Below are positions 10,101 through 24,122 of a stretch of DNA of 64,000 nt, piece by piece (position 1 is the first letter of the stretch; the number at the start of each line of letters is the position of its first letter). Source of the stretch: Squalus acanthias (Eukaryota); the NCBI GenBank assembly GCA_030390025.1, contig CM059425.1, positions 173,478,001 to 173,542,000 on the forward strand, in the 5' to 3' direction. The translations under genes were made by a program, and so were the position numbers. The notes beneath the pieces were generated by a model. The model made no database searches. It saw nothing but the letters and a program-made list of their open reading frames with translations, and was not told where the DNA came from.

Positions 10101-13100
10101 ACTCCCTCCACCACCGTATACTGTGGCTGCAGTGTGTACCATCTACACGATGCACCACAGCTTAAGAAAGTGCAGTCAGAGAGGGAATGGGTGACCACCA
10201 GTAAGAAGAACGGGGACAGGCAGGTAGTCAGGAAAGCCCCAGAGTGCATCTCACTCAACAACCATTTTTCTGTGTTGGAAAACGGTGAAAGTTACAGTTC
10301 TTCTGGGGAGTGCAGCCAGAGCCAAGTTCACAGCACTGTGGGTGGCTCAGCTGCACAAGGCGGGAGGTGTAAGAGTGGAAGGGCAATAGTGGTAGGGGAT
10401 TCAATAGTGAGGGGTGCAGACAGGTGTTTCTGCGGCCGCAGGTGTGACTCCAGGATGGTATGTTGCCTCCCTGGTGCCAGGGTCAAGGATGTCACTGAAC
10501 GGCTGCAGGGCATTCTGAAGGGGGAGGGCGAACAGTCAGAGGTCGTGGTTCACATTGGTACCAACGACATGGGTAGAAAGAGGGATGAGGTCCTGCAACA
10601 AGAATTTAGGGAGCTAGGTAGCAGATTAAAAAGCAGGACCTCAAAGGTTGTAATCTCTGGATTACTCCTGATGCCACGTGCTAGTGAGTATAGGAATAGG
10701 AGGATAGAGCAGATGAATGCGTGGCTAAAGAGTTGGTGCAGGAGGGAGAGCTTTAGTTTCCTGGATCATTGGGTCTGCTTCTGGGGAAGGTGGGACCTGT
10801 ACAAGTCGGATGGGTTGCACCTGAACCGGAACGGGACCAACATCCTTGCGGGGAGGTTTGCTAGTACTGTTGGGGAGGGGGTGTTAAACTAACTTGGCAG
10901 GGGGATGGGATACGGAGTGGAGCTATAGTAGGGGGTGACGCACAGCCAAATATAGAGGAAAAAACAAGTCAGTCTGGAAGGCAGAGCAAATATGTAACGG
11001 CACAAGGGAGTATGGCAAGGCTGGATGGCATTTATTTTAATGCAAGGAGTCTTGCGAGTAAGGCAGATGAATTGAAGGTGTTGATGAACACATGGGAGTA
11101 TGATATTGTTGCTATCACAGAGACATGGTTGAGGGAGGGGCAGGACTGGCAGCTCAATATTCCGGGGTATAGAATCTTCAGGCGAGACAGAGGGGGGTGT
11201 AAAAGAGGAAGGGGTGTCGCAATATTAATCAAGGAGACAATTACTGCTGTAAGGAGGGATGATATCTTAGCAGGTTCCTCTAATGAGGCCATATGGGTAG
11301 AATTTAAAAACAAAAAGGGGGCAAGCACTTTGCTGGGAGTGTACTATAGGCCCCCAAACAGTCAGGGGGAGATAGAGGAACAGATATGTAGGCAAATCTC
11401 AGAGAAGTGTAGAAATAACAGAGTAATAATAGTAGGGGATTTCAACTTCCCCAATATTAACTGGGATAGTCAGAGTGTGAAAGGTTTAGAGGGTGCGGAA
11501 TTCTTAAAGTGCATCCAGGAGAGCTTTTTAAGCCAGCATGTAGAAAGTCCGACAAGAGAGGGGGCGGTACTGGACCTAATTCTAGGGAATGTAGCCGGGC
11601 AAGTGGGACAAGTGTCAGTAGGAGAGCATTTTGGTGACAGTGACCATAATTTGGTGAGATTTAAGGTAGTCATGGAAAAGCACAAAGAAGGATCTGAAAT
11701 AAAGGTTTTAAATTGGGGGAAGGCCGATTTTAATATGATAAGGCAGGATCTGGCCAAAGTGGACTGGGATCAGCTACTTGTAGGAAAATCCACATCAGAG
11801 CAGTGGGAGTCATTCAGAAAGGAAATAGAGAGAGTACAGCGCCAACATGTTCCCGTAAAGGTCAAGGGTGGGACCAACAAGTCCAGGGAACCCTGGATGT
11901 CAAGGGATATACAAGAATGGATTAGGAAAAAAAGGGAGGCTTTTGGCAGATACAAAGGACTAAAAACAGTTAAAAGTGGATACATCCCCAGGCCCAGACG
12001 AGATGTATCCCAGGCTGCTGTGTGAGGCAAGGGAGGAGATTGCAGGGGCTCTGACACAAATTTTCAGAACCTCTCTGGCCACAGGAGAGGTGCCAGAGGA
12101 CTGGAGGACAGCTAACGTAGTACCATTATTCAAGAAGCGTAGTAGGGATAAACCAGGGAATTACAGGCCAGTGAGCCTAACATGAGTGGAGGGAAATTAT
12201 TGGAAAAAATTCTGAGGGACAGAATTAGTATCCACTTGGAGAGGCAAGGATTAATCAAGGATAGTCAGCATAGCTTGGTCGGGGAGAGATCATGTCTAAC
12301 CAATTTGATTGACTTTTTCGAGGGGGTGACTAGGTGTGTGGATGAGGGTAGTGCAGTTGATGTAGGCTACATGGACTTCAGTAAGGCTTTTGACAAAGTC
12401 CCGCATGGGAGACTGGTCAAGAAAGTAAGAGCCCATGGGATCCAGGGCAATTTGGCACATTGGATCCAAAATTGGCTTAGTGGCAGGAGGCAGAGGGTGA
12501 TGGTCGAAGGTTGTTTTTGTGACTGGAAGCCTGTGTCCAGTGGTGTACCACAGGGATCGGTGCTGGGTCCCTTGCTTTTTGTAGTGTACATTAATGATTT
12601 AGATATGAATGTAGGAGGTATGATCAGTAAGTTTGCAGATGACACGAAAATTGGTGGAGTGGTAAATAGTGAGGAGGGAAGCCTCAGGCTACAGGACGAT
12701 ATAGACAGGTTGGTCAAATGGGCAGAACAGTGGTAAATGGAATTTAACCCTGAAAAGTGTGAGGTGATGCATTTTGGGAGGACTAACAAGGCAAGGGAAT
12801 ACACAATGAATGGTAGGACCCTAGGAAGGACAGAGGATCAGAGGGACCTTGGTGTGCATGTACATAGATCCCTGAAGGCAGCAGGACAAGTAGATAAGGT
12901 GGTTAAGAAGGCATATGGGATACTTGCCTTCATTAGCCAAGGCATAGAATATAAGAGCAGGGAGGTTATGATGGAGCTGTACAAAATGCTAGTTAGGCCA
13001 CAGCTGGAATACTGTGTGCAGTTCTGGTTGCCACACTCTAGGAAGGATGTGATTGCATTGGAGAGGGTGCAGAGGAGATTCACCAGGATGTTACCTGGGC

Positions 13101-13890
13101 TGGAGTGTTTCAGTTATAAAGAGAGACTGGACAGGCTGGAGTTGTTTTCCTTAGAGCAGAGAAGGCTGAGGGGGGACCTGATTGAGGTGTACAAAATTAT
13201 GAGGGGCATAGATAGGGTAGATAGAAAGGAACTTTTCCCCTTAGTAGAGGGGTCAATAACCAGGGGGCATAGTTTCAAGGTAAGGGGCAGGAGGTTTAGA
13301 GGGGATTTGAGGAAAAACTTTTTCACCCAGAGGGTGGTTGGAATCTGGAACTCACTGCCTGAAAGGGTGGTAGAGGCAGGAACCCTCACAACATTCAAGA
13401 AGCATTTAGATGAGCACTTGAAACGCCATAGCATACAAGGCTACGGACCAAGTGCTGGAAAATGGGATTAGAATAGATAGGGCTTGATGGCCGGCGCGGA
13501 CAGGATGGGCCAAAGGGCCTCTTTCTGTGCTGTACAACTCTATCTGTGACTCTAACTCGCCAAGGCTTCTTCGGCAGCACCTCCCAAACCTGCGACCTCT
13601 TCCACCTAGAAGGACAAGGGCAGCAGGCGCATGGGAACACCACCATCTCCAAGTTCCCCTCCAAGTCACACGCCATCCTGACTTAGAAGTATATCACCGA
13701 TCCTTCGTCGTCGCTGGGTCAAAATCCTGGAACTCCCTCCCTAACAGCACTGTGGGAGTACCTTCACCACACGGATTGCAGCGGTTCAAGAAGGCAGCTC
13801 ACCACCACCTTCTCAAGGGCAACTAGGGATGGGCAATAAATGCTGGCCTTGCCAGTGACGCCCACATCCCATAAACTAATTAAAAAAAAA
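10101..13890 (+). mobile_element. LINE-X 3' end (pieces 10101-10161 and 13554-13890) split by a CR1
   Basis: ACTCCCTCCACCACC..GATGCAC..CAGC joins AACTCGCCAAGGCTTC as in uninterrupted copies at 31260-31330 and 47090-47165; ends AATAAA...poly(A). Confidence 0.85.
10162..13553 (+). mobile_element. CR1 LINE with ORF1 esterase and disrupted ORF2 (internal deletion near 11970)
   Basis: AIVVGDSIVRG, VHIGTND, DGLHLN (SGNH); endonuclease 11012-11960; RT YMDFSKAFD, FADDTK; stops/frameshifts; ACTCTAT-type tail. Confidence 0.92.
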
Positions 13891-13899
13891 AATCATTCT

Positions 13900-14990
13900 T
13901 TATCTATAACTAAAACAAACAATGAAAACATTACAACAACCAACAGCAGTTACAAATCTTAAACTATTTACCCTGGTGGCTATCCCATAATTGCTCTTGC
14001 CTGCTCTGGTGCTTTTACGAAGAGCATCCCGAGTGGATATTGCTGAGAATCTGAAGAGGGCAGTTCAGATGTCCTCCTGGGATGCCCTCGAGAGGCTGGG
14101 GTCCGTAATAGACCCGCCTCAGACTGCTCCATCTCAGCATGGGCTTGAACAGTCTGGGCTGCCTGGCTGACAGGCAACTGCAAGGGCAATGGTAGAGTGG
14201 CGGGGAAGGGAGCAGAAATGCTGCCATCCGTAGAGAGGCCAGTAGGTTCCTGCTCCATGATTACCATGCCACTACTTCAGGCCGTCTGTTCAGCCAGCCC
14301 AGTGATCTGCAAGCCCCTTTCAACCGAGGAGCCTAGAGCCACCGTGGCAGATGTCTGAGCTTCCATTGCAGCAGTTTGCTGTTCCATGGAAGATGCCAGT
14401 AGTGCAGTGGAAGCTGTTTGGGCTTCCACTGCAGCACTTTGTCATTCCACGGAAGCAGTTTGCCATTCCATGGAAGCTGCTATGACAGCAGTGGAAGCTG
14501 TGACCTCAGTCATGAGATGCTGTATGATGTCGGGCTCCACAGGTCGATGGATGGAACTGACCAGCCTCTCCACGCTGGAGGGGATGGGTTCCAGGCTCTG
14601 TGTCCAGTCACGGGCCAAGCTGGAGCCAGACTCCTCCATCCCCCTAGACATGACCCGTGGGTTTTCAGGCAGGCTGTCCATTGTACCAAGCATTGGCTTG
14701 TCCAACCCATCAGCCATCTTCTGAAGCTTGTCCCTGCAAAGTTCTCATCTGACTCCTCTACAGCAGAGCTAGTATGTGATCTTGCCCTCCGGTAAGGTGG
14801 CACCTGTGGTGTTCCTTCCACCCGGCATGGCTGCTACCCACTAGTGCTCTGTGCGATCCAGTGTGAGGATCCCTGTTCTATCCTAGCCTCTAAGTTACGC
14901 GGGGTGCCTGCGACAGTGGTAGCAATTAATGCAGCGTTTTATTAGCACAGCACCCATTTAGCGCCCGTTTTTAAGCTTTTCCCAAAATAA
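13900..14990 (-). mobile_element. Decayed Harbinger fragment (last exon of Myb-like gene)
   Basis: Minus ORFs with QAAQTVQAHAEMEQSEAG and QSLEPIPSSVERLV resemble 41209-42112 and the Myb-like C-terminus of 1070-5232. Confidence 0.7.
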
Positions 14991-16317
14991 CTCCTATGGC
15001 CTAGAAATTGGAAGTGGTAGCACTGGCCGTTAAGGCCCGTTTTGGGGAAAACAATGGCGGCCGCATCACTTCCACCCACTGCCGGCGGGTCCCGCGACGG
15101 CCACCATTTTCAGAAGGTCGTCAGTGCTGCCGTTGCCTGCGCTTACCGAGAGTATTGTAATTAGTTGGAGCGTGGCATCGATCGGCATGCAACACCAAAT
15201 TAGAATCATTGAATGGTACAGCACAGAAGGAGGCCATTCAACCCGTCGAGCCCGTGCCGGCTTTCTGCAAGAGCACTTCAGCTAGTCCCACTAGCCACCC
15301 TTTCCCCGTAGCCCTGCAAATTTTTTTCCTTCAGGTACTTATTCAATTCCCTTTTGAAAGCCACAAATGAATCTGCCTCCGCCACCCTTTCAGGCAGTGA
15401 ATTCCAGATCCTAACCACTCGCTGTGTAAAAAAGATTTTCCTCATGTCGCCTTTGGTTCTTCTGCAAATCACCTTAAATCTGTGTGCTCTGGTTCTCGAC
15501 CCTTCTGCCAATGGGAACAGTTTCTCTCTATCTACTCTGTCTAGACCCCTCATGATTTTGAACACCTCTGTCAAATCTCCTCTCAACCTTCTCTGCTCTA
15601 AGGAGAACAACCCCAGCTTCTCCAGTCTATCAACATAACTGAAGTCCCTCATTCCTAGAACCATTCTTGTAAATCTTTTCTGTGCCCTTTCTAAGGCCTT
15701 CACATCCTTCCTAAAGAATTGGATACAATACTTTAGTTGAAGCCAAACCAGTGTTTTATAAAGGTTCATCAAAACTTCCTTGCTTTTGTACTCTATGCCT
15801 CTGTTTATGAAACCCAGGATCCCATACGCTTTGTCAACCTGCCCTGCCACCTTCAATGATTTGTGCACATATACCCCCAGGTCTCTGTATTCAGGCACCC
15901 CCTTTAGAATTGTACCCTTTAGTTTATATTGCCTCTCCTCGTTCTTCCTACCAAAATGTATCACTTCGCACTTTTCTGCGTTAAACTTCATCTGCCACGT
16001 GCCCGCCCATTCCACCAGCCTGTCTATGTCTTCTTGAAGTTTATCACTATCCTCCTCACTGTTCACTATACTTCCAAGTTTTGTGTCATCTGCAAATTTT
16101 GAAATTGTGCCTTGTACACCCAAGTCTAAGTCATTAATATATATCAAGAAAAGCAGTGGTCCTAGTACCGACCCCTGGGGAACACCACTGTATACGATCC
16201 TGCAGTCCAAAAAACAACCGTTCACCACTACTCTCTGTTTCTTGTTACTTAGCCAATCTCGTATCCATGCTGCCACTGTCCCTTTTATTCCATGGGCTTC
16301 AACTTTGCTGGCAAGCT

Positions 16318-17180
16318 CTGCAGAAAGCAGAGAGTCGGGATAAATGGGTCATTTTCCAGTTGGCAAACGGTAAAGTGGGGTGGCACAGGGATCGGTGCTG
16401 GGGCTTCAACTATTTACAATCTACATTAATGACTTGGATGAAGGGACCGAGTGTAATGTAGCCAAGTTTGCGGATGATACAAAGATGGGTGGGAAAGCAA
16501 GTTGTGCAGAGGACTCAATCTGCAAAGGGATATAGACAAGCTAAGTGAGTGGGCAATTTTGGCAGATGGAGTATAATGTGGGAAAGTGCGAGGTTATACA
16601 CTTTGGCAGGAAAAATAAAAAAGCAAATTATTATTTAAATGGAGAGAGATTACAAAATGCTACAGTTCAGAGGGACCTGGGAGTCCTTGTGCATGAAACA
16701 GAAAAAGTTAGCATGCAGGTACAGCAAGTAATCAAAAAGGCAAATGGAATGTTGGCCTTTATTGCAAGGGGGTTGGAGTATAAAAGCAGGGAAGTCCTGC
16801 TACAACTGTACAAGGTATTGGTGAGACCACACCATGAGTACTGCGTAAAGTTTTGGTCTCCTTATTTAAGGAAGGATATACTTGCATTGGAGACAGTTCA
16901 GAGACGATTCACATGGCTGATTCCTGAGATGAGGGGGTTGACATATGAGGAAAGGTTGAGCCTATACTCATTGGAATTTAAAGAATGAGAGGTGATCTTA
17001 TTGAAACATGTAAGATACTGAGGGGGCTCAACAAGGTAGATGCAGAGAGGATGTTTCCCCTCGTGGGGAAATCTAGAACTCGGGGGCATAGTTTCAGAAT
17101 AAAGGGTCGCCCTTTTAGAACTGAGATGAGGAGGAATTTCTTCTCTCAGAGGGTCGTAAATCTGTGGAATTCTCTGCCCC
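16318..17180 (+). mobile_element. CR1 RT fragment in opposite orientation, lacking its 3' tail
   Basis: FADDTK region to FFSQRVVNLWNSLP; replaces part of the host CR1 RT. Confidence 0.85.
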
Positions 17181-17567
17181 ATGCTGGCTTTCCTTAATTA
17201 ATCCACACTTGTCCAAGTGACTGTTAATTTTGTCCTGGATTATCGTTTCTAAAAGCTTCCCCACTACCGAGGTTAAACTGACTGGCCTGTAGTTGCTGGG
17301 TTTATCCTTACACCCTTTTTTGAACAATAGTGTAACATTTGCAATTCTCCAGTCCTCTGGCGCCAGCCCTGTATTCAAGGAGGATTGGAAGATTATGGCC
17401 AGTACCTCTGCAATTTCCACCTTTACTTCCCTCATCATCCTAGGATGCATCCCATCCAGTCCTGGTGACTTATCTACCTTAAATACAGCCAGCCTTTCCA
17501 GTACCTCCTCCATATCAATTTTTATCCCATCCTGTATCTCAACTACCTCCTCTTTCACTATGACTTT

Positions 17568-17886
17568 CACAGAATCACAGAATCCCCACAGTGCAGATAG
17601 AGGCCATTTCGGCCCATCAAGCCTGCACCGACACATATCCCACCCTATCCCCATAACCCCATGTATTTAATCACCCTAACACTAAGGGTCAATTTATCAT
17701 AGCCAAATCAACCTAACCTGCACATCGTTGGACTGTGGGAGGAAACCGGAGCACCCGGAGGAAACCCACGCAGACACGGGGAGAATGTGCAAACTCCACA
17801 CAGACAGTCACCTGAGGCCGGATTCGAACCCGGGTCCCTGGCGCTGTGAAGCAACAGTGCTAACCACTATGCCACCGTGTTGCCCG
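17568..17886 (-). mobile_element. tRNA-derived V-SINE (HE1-like) with CR1-type tail
   Basis: Minus strand has A box TGGCATAGTGG, B box GGTTCGAATCC, V-domain CCCGTGTCTGCGTGGGTTTCCTCCGGGTGCTCCGGTTTCCTCCCACAGTCC, (ATTCTGTG)n tail; TTT flanks. Confidence 0.88.
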
Positions 17887-18422
17887 TTTGGCAGCATCTT
17901 CTTCCTTGGTGAAGACAGATGCAAAGTATTCATTTAGTACCTCAGCCATGCCCTCTGCCTCCATGCATAGGTCTCCATTTTGATCGCTAATCGGCCCCAC
18001 CCCTCCTCTACTACCCATTTACAATTTATATGTCTATAGAAGACTTTTGGATTCCCTTTTATGTTATCTGCCAATCTATTCTCATACTCTATCTTTGCCC
18101 CTCTTATTTCCTTTTTCACTTCCCCTCTGAACTTTCTATGTTCAGCCTGGTTCTCACTTGTATTCTCAACCTGACATCTGTCATTCGCCCCCTTTTTCTG
18201 CCCATCTTACTCTCTATCTCTTTCATCATCAGGGAGCTCTGGCTTTGGTTGCCCTACCTTTCCCCCTCGTGGGAATGTACCTCGACTGTACCCGAACCAT
18301 CTCCTCTTTGAAGGCAGTCCATTGTTCGATTAAAGTTTTGCCTGCCAGTCTTTGATTCCAATTTACCCGGGCCAGGTCCATTCTCAACCCACTGAAATTG
18401 GCTTTCCTCCAAATAAGCACAT

Positions 18423-19143
18423 GGGGAGAGAAATTTGGTAACACCCCGTTTGGGGCGCTAACTTTTAAAAGTTGAAAAAATTAGTGCCAGGCGCTAATGG
18501 TTTTCAACTTTTAAAAAATTTGGGGTTTGCGCTCCAGGAAGGGTGTGGTGTACTAAATCAAGTGCTCCACTTCCTTTGTGGAGCGTAACAGGCAGCAGGC
18601 GGGGTGGTAGGTGAGCAGTGCTGCACACTGGGCCGTGCAGCCCTGCCGTGTTGGAAGGCTCCTTCCCTCCCTTAAAGGGAAGGGCCCTCGCCGCAGGCTC
18701 TGTAAGGGGAAACCTTACCTGGTCCCCGACAGCAGCCGCGATCCGGCCCGATCAGCCCGATGCACTGCAGCAGAGTGCCGGGCCGATCGATTGCTGGCGA
18801 TGACAAATGAAAATAAAACAGAAAGAGCATTTCACAATTTTTTTTTACTACTTCGGCCACCTCGCCTTTAAGCATCGCCCCCGAAGCGCCCGTCCTCCCG
18901 ATGAACGCCTCCTGCAGCAGCCGGTGTTTGCGCCCAGCAATGCTGCAGGGGGGAAACTGAAGTTTGGGTCCGGGGCGCTACCGGGCAATGCGCACGCCGA
19001 TGATGTCACGATCTCCGGGCAAAGGAGATGGGGCGCAAAGCCATACCGCCGCTGCAAACCTCCCGCTGAATATAACGGGAATCGATTTTCTCACCGCACC
19101 CAGGCGCCAACCGGAGGCGCTAAGGTACCCAATTTCTCCCCCC
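18423..19143. mobile_element. Harbinger-type MITE, diverged subfamily
   Basis: Ends GGGGAGAGAAATT / AATTTCTCCCCCC, GGCGCTAA motifs, interrupts CR1 endonuclease; TSD not clean. Confidence 0.8.
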
Positions 19144-20601
19144 TTTTACTCTAGATTGCTCCCTGTCCTTTTCCATAGCTAGTCTAAACCTTATCATACT
19201 GTGATCACTGTTCCCTAAATGTTCCCCTACTGACAATTGCTCTACTTGACCCACCTCATTCCCCAGAACCAGATCCAGCAATGCCTCCTTCCTCATTGGG
19301 CCGGAAACGTACTGATCAAGAAAGTTCTCCTGAACACACTTCAGAAATTGTTCCCCCTCTCTGCCCTTTACACTATTACTATCCCAGTCTATATTAGAAT
19401 AGTTGAAGGCCCCCATTATCACTGCTCTATAGTTCTTGCACCTCCCTGTAATTTCCCTGCAAATTTGCTCTCCATATCTTTCCCATTACTTGGCGGCCTA
19501 TAGAATACACATAGTAGTATAATGGCACCTCTATTGTTTCTCAACTCTAACCAAATAGATTCTGTCCTTGACTCCTCCAGGATATCCTCTCTCTCCAGCA
19601 CTGTAATATTCTCCTTAATCAATACTGCCACCCCACCTCCTTTCTTTCCTTCCCTATCTTTCCTGAACACGTTATATCCAGGAATATTTAATACCCAATC
19701 CTGCTCTTTTTTGAGCCAGGTCTCCGTTATTGCCACGACATCATATTACCATGTGGCTATTTGCGCCTGCAGCTCCCCAACCTTATTTACCACACTTCGT
19801 GCATTCACACACATGCACTGTAAACCTATCTTAGATCTTCTTGTATTCTCTCTTAGTCTGACCCCACCTAATACCGTACTACTTCTTACCCTAGTGCTAT
19901 CTGTCTCTCCCAATCCTTTGTGCACCTTGTTTGTCCTTTCTAATGCTACATCCTGGTACCCATTCCCCTGTCAAATTAGTTCAAACTCTCCCCAACAGCA
20001 CGAGCAAACCCCCATCACGAGCACATTGGTACCGGCTCTGTTGAGGTGCAACCCGTCCGGCCTGTACAGGTCCCACCTCCCCCAGAACTGATCCCAATGT
20101 CCCAGGAATCTAAAGCCCTCCCTCCTGCACCATCTCTCCAGCCATGCATTCATCTGCTCCATCCTTCTATTTCTGTACTCACTTGCATGTGGCACCGGAG
20201 ATTACTTCTTTTGAGGTCCTGCTTTTTAATCTCTTTCCTAGCTCCCATAAATCTGCCTGCAGGACCTCATCCCACTTTCTACCTATGTCGTTGCTACCGA
20301 TATGGACCACGGCCTCTGGCTGTTCACCCTCCCCCTTCAGAATGTCCTGCAGCCGCTCAGTGACAACCTTGACCCTGGCACCAGGGAGGCAACATACCAT
20401 CCTGGAGTCACGTCTGCGGCCACAGAAATGCCCGTCGGTTCCCCTAACTATCGAATCCCCGACCACTATTGCAAATTGATGCCCGCTCATCCATTTTGGA
20501 GATTGCCGCTTCTCTTGCCGCCCTCTCCAAAGTACGTCTGTGCATGCAGCCGCTAACAGCGCTTCACCATCATACACAGCAATTCCCTGAGGACGCTTCA
20601 A

Positions 20602-23600
20602 CAACAACAACAGCTTGTATTTATATAGCGCCTTTAAAGTAGTAAAACATTCCATGGTGCTTTACAGGAGTTTTATAAAACAAAATTTGTCACCAAGCCA
20701 CATAATGAGAAATTAGGGCAGATGACCAAAAGCTTGGTCAAAGAGGTAGGTTTTAAGGAGCGTCTTAAAGGAGGAAAGAGAGGTAGAGAGGCGGAGAGGG
20801 TTTGGGAGGGAATTCCAGAGCTTAGGGCTTAAGCAGCTGAAGGCACGGCCACCAATGGTTAAGCAATTAAAATCAAAGATGCTCAAGAGGGCAGAATTTT
20901 AGGTGAGCAGTTACCTCGGGGGGTAGTGGGGCTGGAGAAGATTACAGAGATAGGGAGGGGTGAGGCCATGGAGGGATATGAAAACAAGGATGAGAATTTT
21001 TCATAGGATTACATAGGATATACAGCACAGAAACAGGCCATTCAGCCCAACCAGTCCAGCTGGCATTTATGCTCCACTCGAGCCTCCTCTCATCTTTCCT
21101 CATCTAACTCTGTCAGCATAACCCTCTATTCCCTTCTCCCTCATATGCTTATCTAGCCTCCCCTTAAATACATTTATACTTTTCACTTCAACCACTTCCT
21201 GTGGTAGCGAGTTCCACATTCTCACCACTCTCTGGGTAAAGAAGGTTCTTCTGAATTCCCTATTGGATTTCTTGGTGACTATCTTATATTGATGGCCTCT
21301 AGTTTTGCTCTTCCTCACAAGTGGAAACACTCTCTCTCTGCCTACTCTATCAAAACCTTTCATAATTTTAAAGACATCTATTAGGTCACCCTTCAGCCTT
21401 CTTTTTTCAAGAGAAAAGAGACCCAGTTTGTTCATCCATTCCTGATAGATATAACCTCGCATTTCTGGTATCATCCTTGTAAATCTTTTTGCCTCCCCTC
21501 CAGTGCCTACATCCTTTTTAAAATATGGCGACCAGAATTGTACACAGCACTCCAAGTGTGGTCTAACCAAAGTTCGATACAAGTTTAGCATAACTTCTCT
21601 ACTTTTCAAAGCTATCCCTCTAGAAATAAAGCCCTGATTTGATTTTTTTATGACCTTATTAACCTGTGTTGCTACTTTTAGTGATTTGTATATTTGTACT
21701 CTGAGATCTCTTTGCTCTTCTACCCCATTCAGATTCTTATTTTCCAAGTAATATGTGACTTCCTTTATTTTCTTACCAAAATGCTAATCTGTGTTTATCT
21801 GTGTTGAAATTCATTTGCCAATTATATGCCCATTCTGAAAGTTTATTAATGATCTTGTAATTTATTGCAGTCCTCCTCAGTATTGCCTATCCACCCCCTC
21901 CCCAATTTGGTGTTAATCACAAATTTAGAAATAGTGTTTTTGATTCCAAAGTCTAAATCATTAATATAAATTTGAACATTGGTCCCTGTGGGACCCCACT
22001 TTCCACTTTCTGCCACTCTGAATAGCTACCCTTTACCTCTACGCTCTCCTATCTGTCTTGAAGCCAGCAACTATTCATTTTGCTACTTGTCCCCTGACTC
22101 CGCATTCTCGGTCCTTATTCATTAGTCTATTATGTGGTACATTTTCGAAGGCCTTTTGGAAATCTAGATAAATTACATCTACTGCAATCTAGATAAATTA
22201 CATCTACTACTTTATAATCGAGGCATTGCTTAACCGGGAGCCAATGTAGGTCAGCAAGCACAGGGGTGATGGGTGAATGGGACTTGGTGCGAGTTAGGAC
22301 GCAGGCAGCCGAGTTTTGGATGACCACAAGTTTACTTAGGGTACAGCATGGGAGGCCAGCCAGGAGTGTGTTAGAATCGTCAAGTCTAGAGGTAACAAAG
22401 GCATGGATGAGTGTTTCAGCAGCGGATGAGCTGAGGAAGGGGTGGAGTTGGGAGATGTTACGGAGGTGGAAATAGGTGTTCTTAGTTATGGCACAGATAT
22501 GTGGTCAGAAGCTCATTTCAGGGTCAAATATGACACCAAGGTTGCGAACAGTGTGGTTCAGCCTCAGACAGATGTTAGGGAGAGGGATGGAGTCAGTGGC
22601 TAGGAAACGGAGTTTGGGGCAGGGACTGAAGACAATGGCTTCGGTCTTCCCAATATTTAGTTGGAGGAAATTTCCATCCAGTACTGGATGTCGGACAAGC
22701 AGTGTGACAATTTAGAGACAGTGGAGGGGTCAAGGGAAGTGGTGGTGAGGTAGAGCTGGGTGTCGTCAGCGTACATGTGGAAACTGATGCTGTGTTTTCA
22801 GATGATGTCGCCAAGGGGCAACATGTAGATGAGAAATAGCAGGGGGCCAAGGATAGATCCTTGGGGGACACCAGAGGTAACGGTGCGGGAGCAGGAAGAG
22901 AAGCCATTGCAGGTGATTCTCTGGCTACGATTAGGTAGATAAGAATGGAACCAGGCGAGTGCAGTCCCACCCAGCTGGACGACGGTGGAGAGGCGTTGGA
23001 GAAGGATGGAGTGGTCAACGATGTCAAAGGCTGCAGGCAGGTCGAGAAGGATGAGGAGGGATAGTTTACCTTTGTCACAGTCACAAAGGATGTCATTTGT
23101 GACTTTGATAAGAGCCATTTCAGTACTGTGGCAGGGGCGGAAACCTTATTGGAGGGATTCAAACATGGTGTTCCAGGAAAGATGGGCACGGATTTGCAAC
23201 AAGACACTCAAGGACTTTGGAGAGGAAAGGGAGGTTGGAGATGGGGCGGTAGTTTGCAACGAGGGAGGGGTCAAGGGTTGTTTTTTTGAGGAGAGGGGTG
23301 ATGACGGCAGATTTGAGGGAGAGGGGGACAGTACCTGAGGAGAGAGAACCGTTAACAATATCAGCTAACATGGGAGCCAGAAAAGGAAGTTGGATGATCA
23401 GCAGTTCGGTGGGAATAGGGTTGAGGGAGCAGGAAGTGGGTCTCATGAACAAGATGAGCACGGAGAGGTCATGAGGGGAGATCGGAGAGAAACTGAAGAA
23501 AGATGTGAGTTCAGGGCTAGGGCAGGAGGGAACCTTAGAGGACATTTAGCCCAGTGGGCTATAGGAAGGAAGGGAAGTGGCAGAGGCAGCTGAACAGATG

Positions 23601-24122
23601 GTCTCAATCTTAGAGACAAAGAAGTCCATGAGCTCCTCGCACTTGTTGCTGGAGATGAAGGTGGAGGAGACAGGGGAGAGGGCTTTAAGAAGACAATTTG
23701 CAGTAGAGAAAAGGAGCCGGGAGTTATCTTTGCATTCCAGAATGATTCTGAAATAGTGAGCAGTTTTGGCAGATGAGAGCAGGACCCGATAATGCTTTAT
23801 GTGGTCCAGCTAGATCTGGCAGTGAATGGCTAAACCAGTTGTTCTCCATATCGGTCCAAGTCTGCGTCACCTGGACTTAAGGGAGTGAAGATGAGGGCCG
23901 TGCCAGGGGGAACAGCCAGGGTGACAGAGAGTAATGGTTTTAATAGGGACTAGGACATCAAAGGTGATGGTGAGTGTGTGGTTGAGCAGATCAGTAGCTG
24001 CAGAAATGTCATGGTGAATGGAGGGCCAAAGGCTGTACAGTTGGGATTTTGTATGCGCAGTTGTAAGAGAGTTGGGAGAGTGTTTTTTCCAGGGGCGGGC
24101 ACAAAAGGAAGTAGGGTTGGGC
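20602..24122 (-). mobile_element. L2 LINE, 5'-truncated, split by a CR1
   Basis: (GTT)n tail; LDP..LANYRPISNLPFLSK, LLDL.AAFD.VDH, GVPQGSILGPLLF, HWLPVKQ; TSD CTTCAA at 20596-20601 and 24123-24128. Confidence 0.9.
21001..22210 (-). mobile_element. CR1 3' fragment nested in L2
   Basis: ORF 21100-21747 is the CR1 RT C-terminus; 23-bp direct duplication (22161-22183 / 22186-22208) at its 5' junction. Confidence 0.88.

Larger units (their letters stand above)
15202..20471 (-). mobile_element. CR1 LINE (ORF1 part plus ORF2) with three nested insertions
   Basis: Esterase 19971-20471, endonuclease 19120-19790, RT 15278-17654; TSD CAAATT at 15196-15201 and 20472-20477. Confidence 0.9.
14998..20597. 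mobile_element. Probable Harbinger-type MITE left part (14998-15201, continuing 20472-~20597), split by CR1
   Basis: Starts GGCCTAGAAATT, the reverse complement of ends at 33225-33236 and 39981-39992; GC-rich; matching right end not found. Confidence 0.5.
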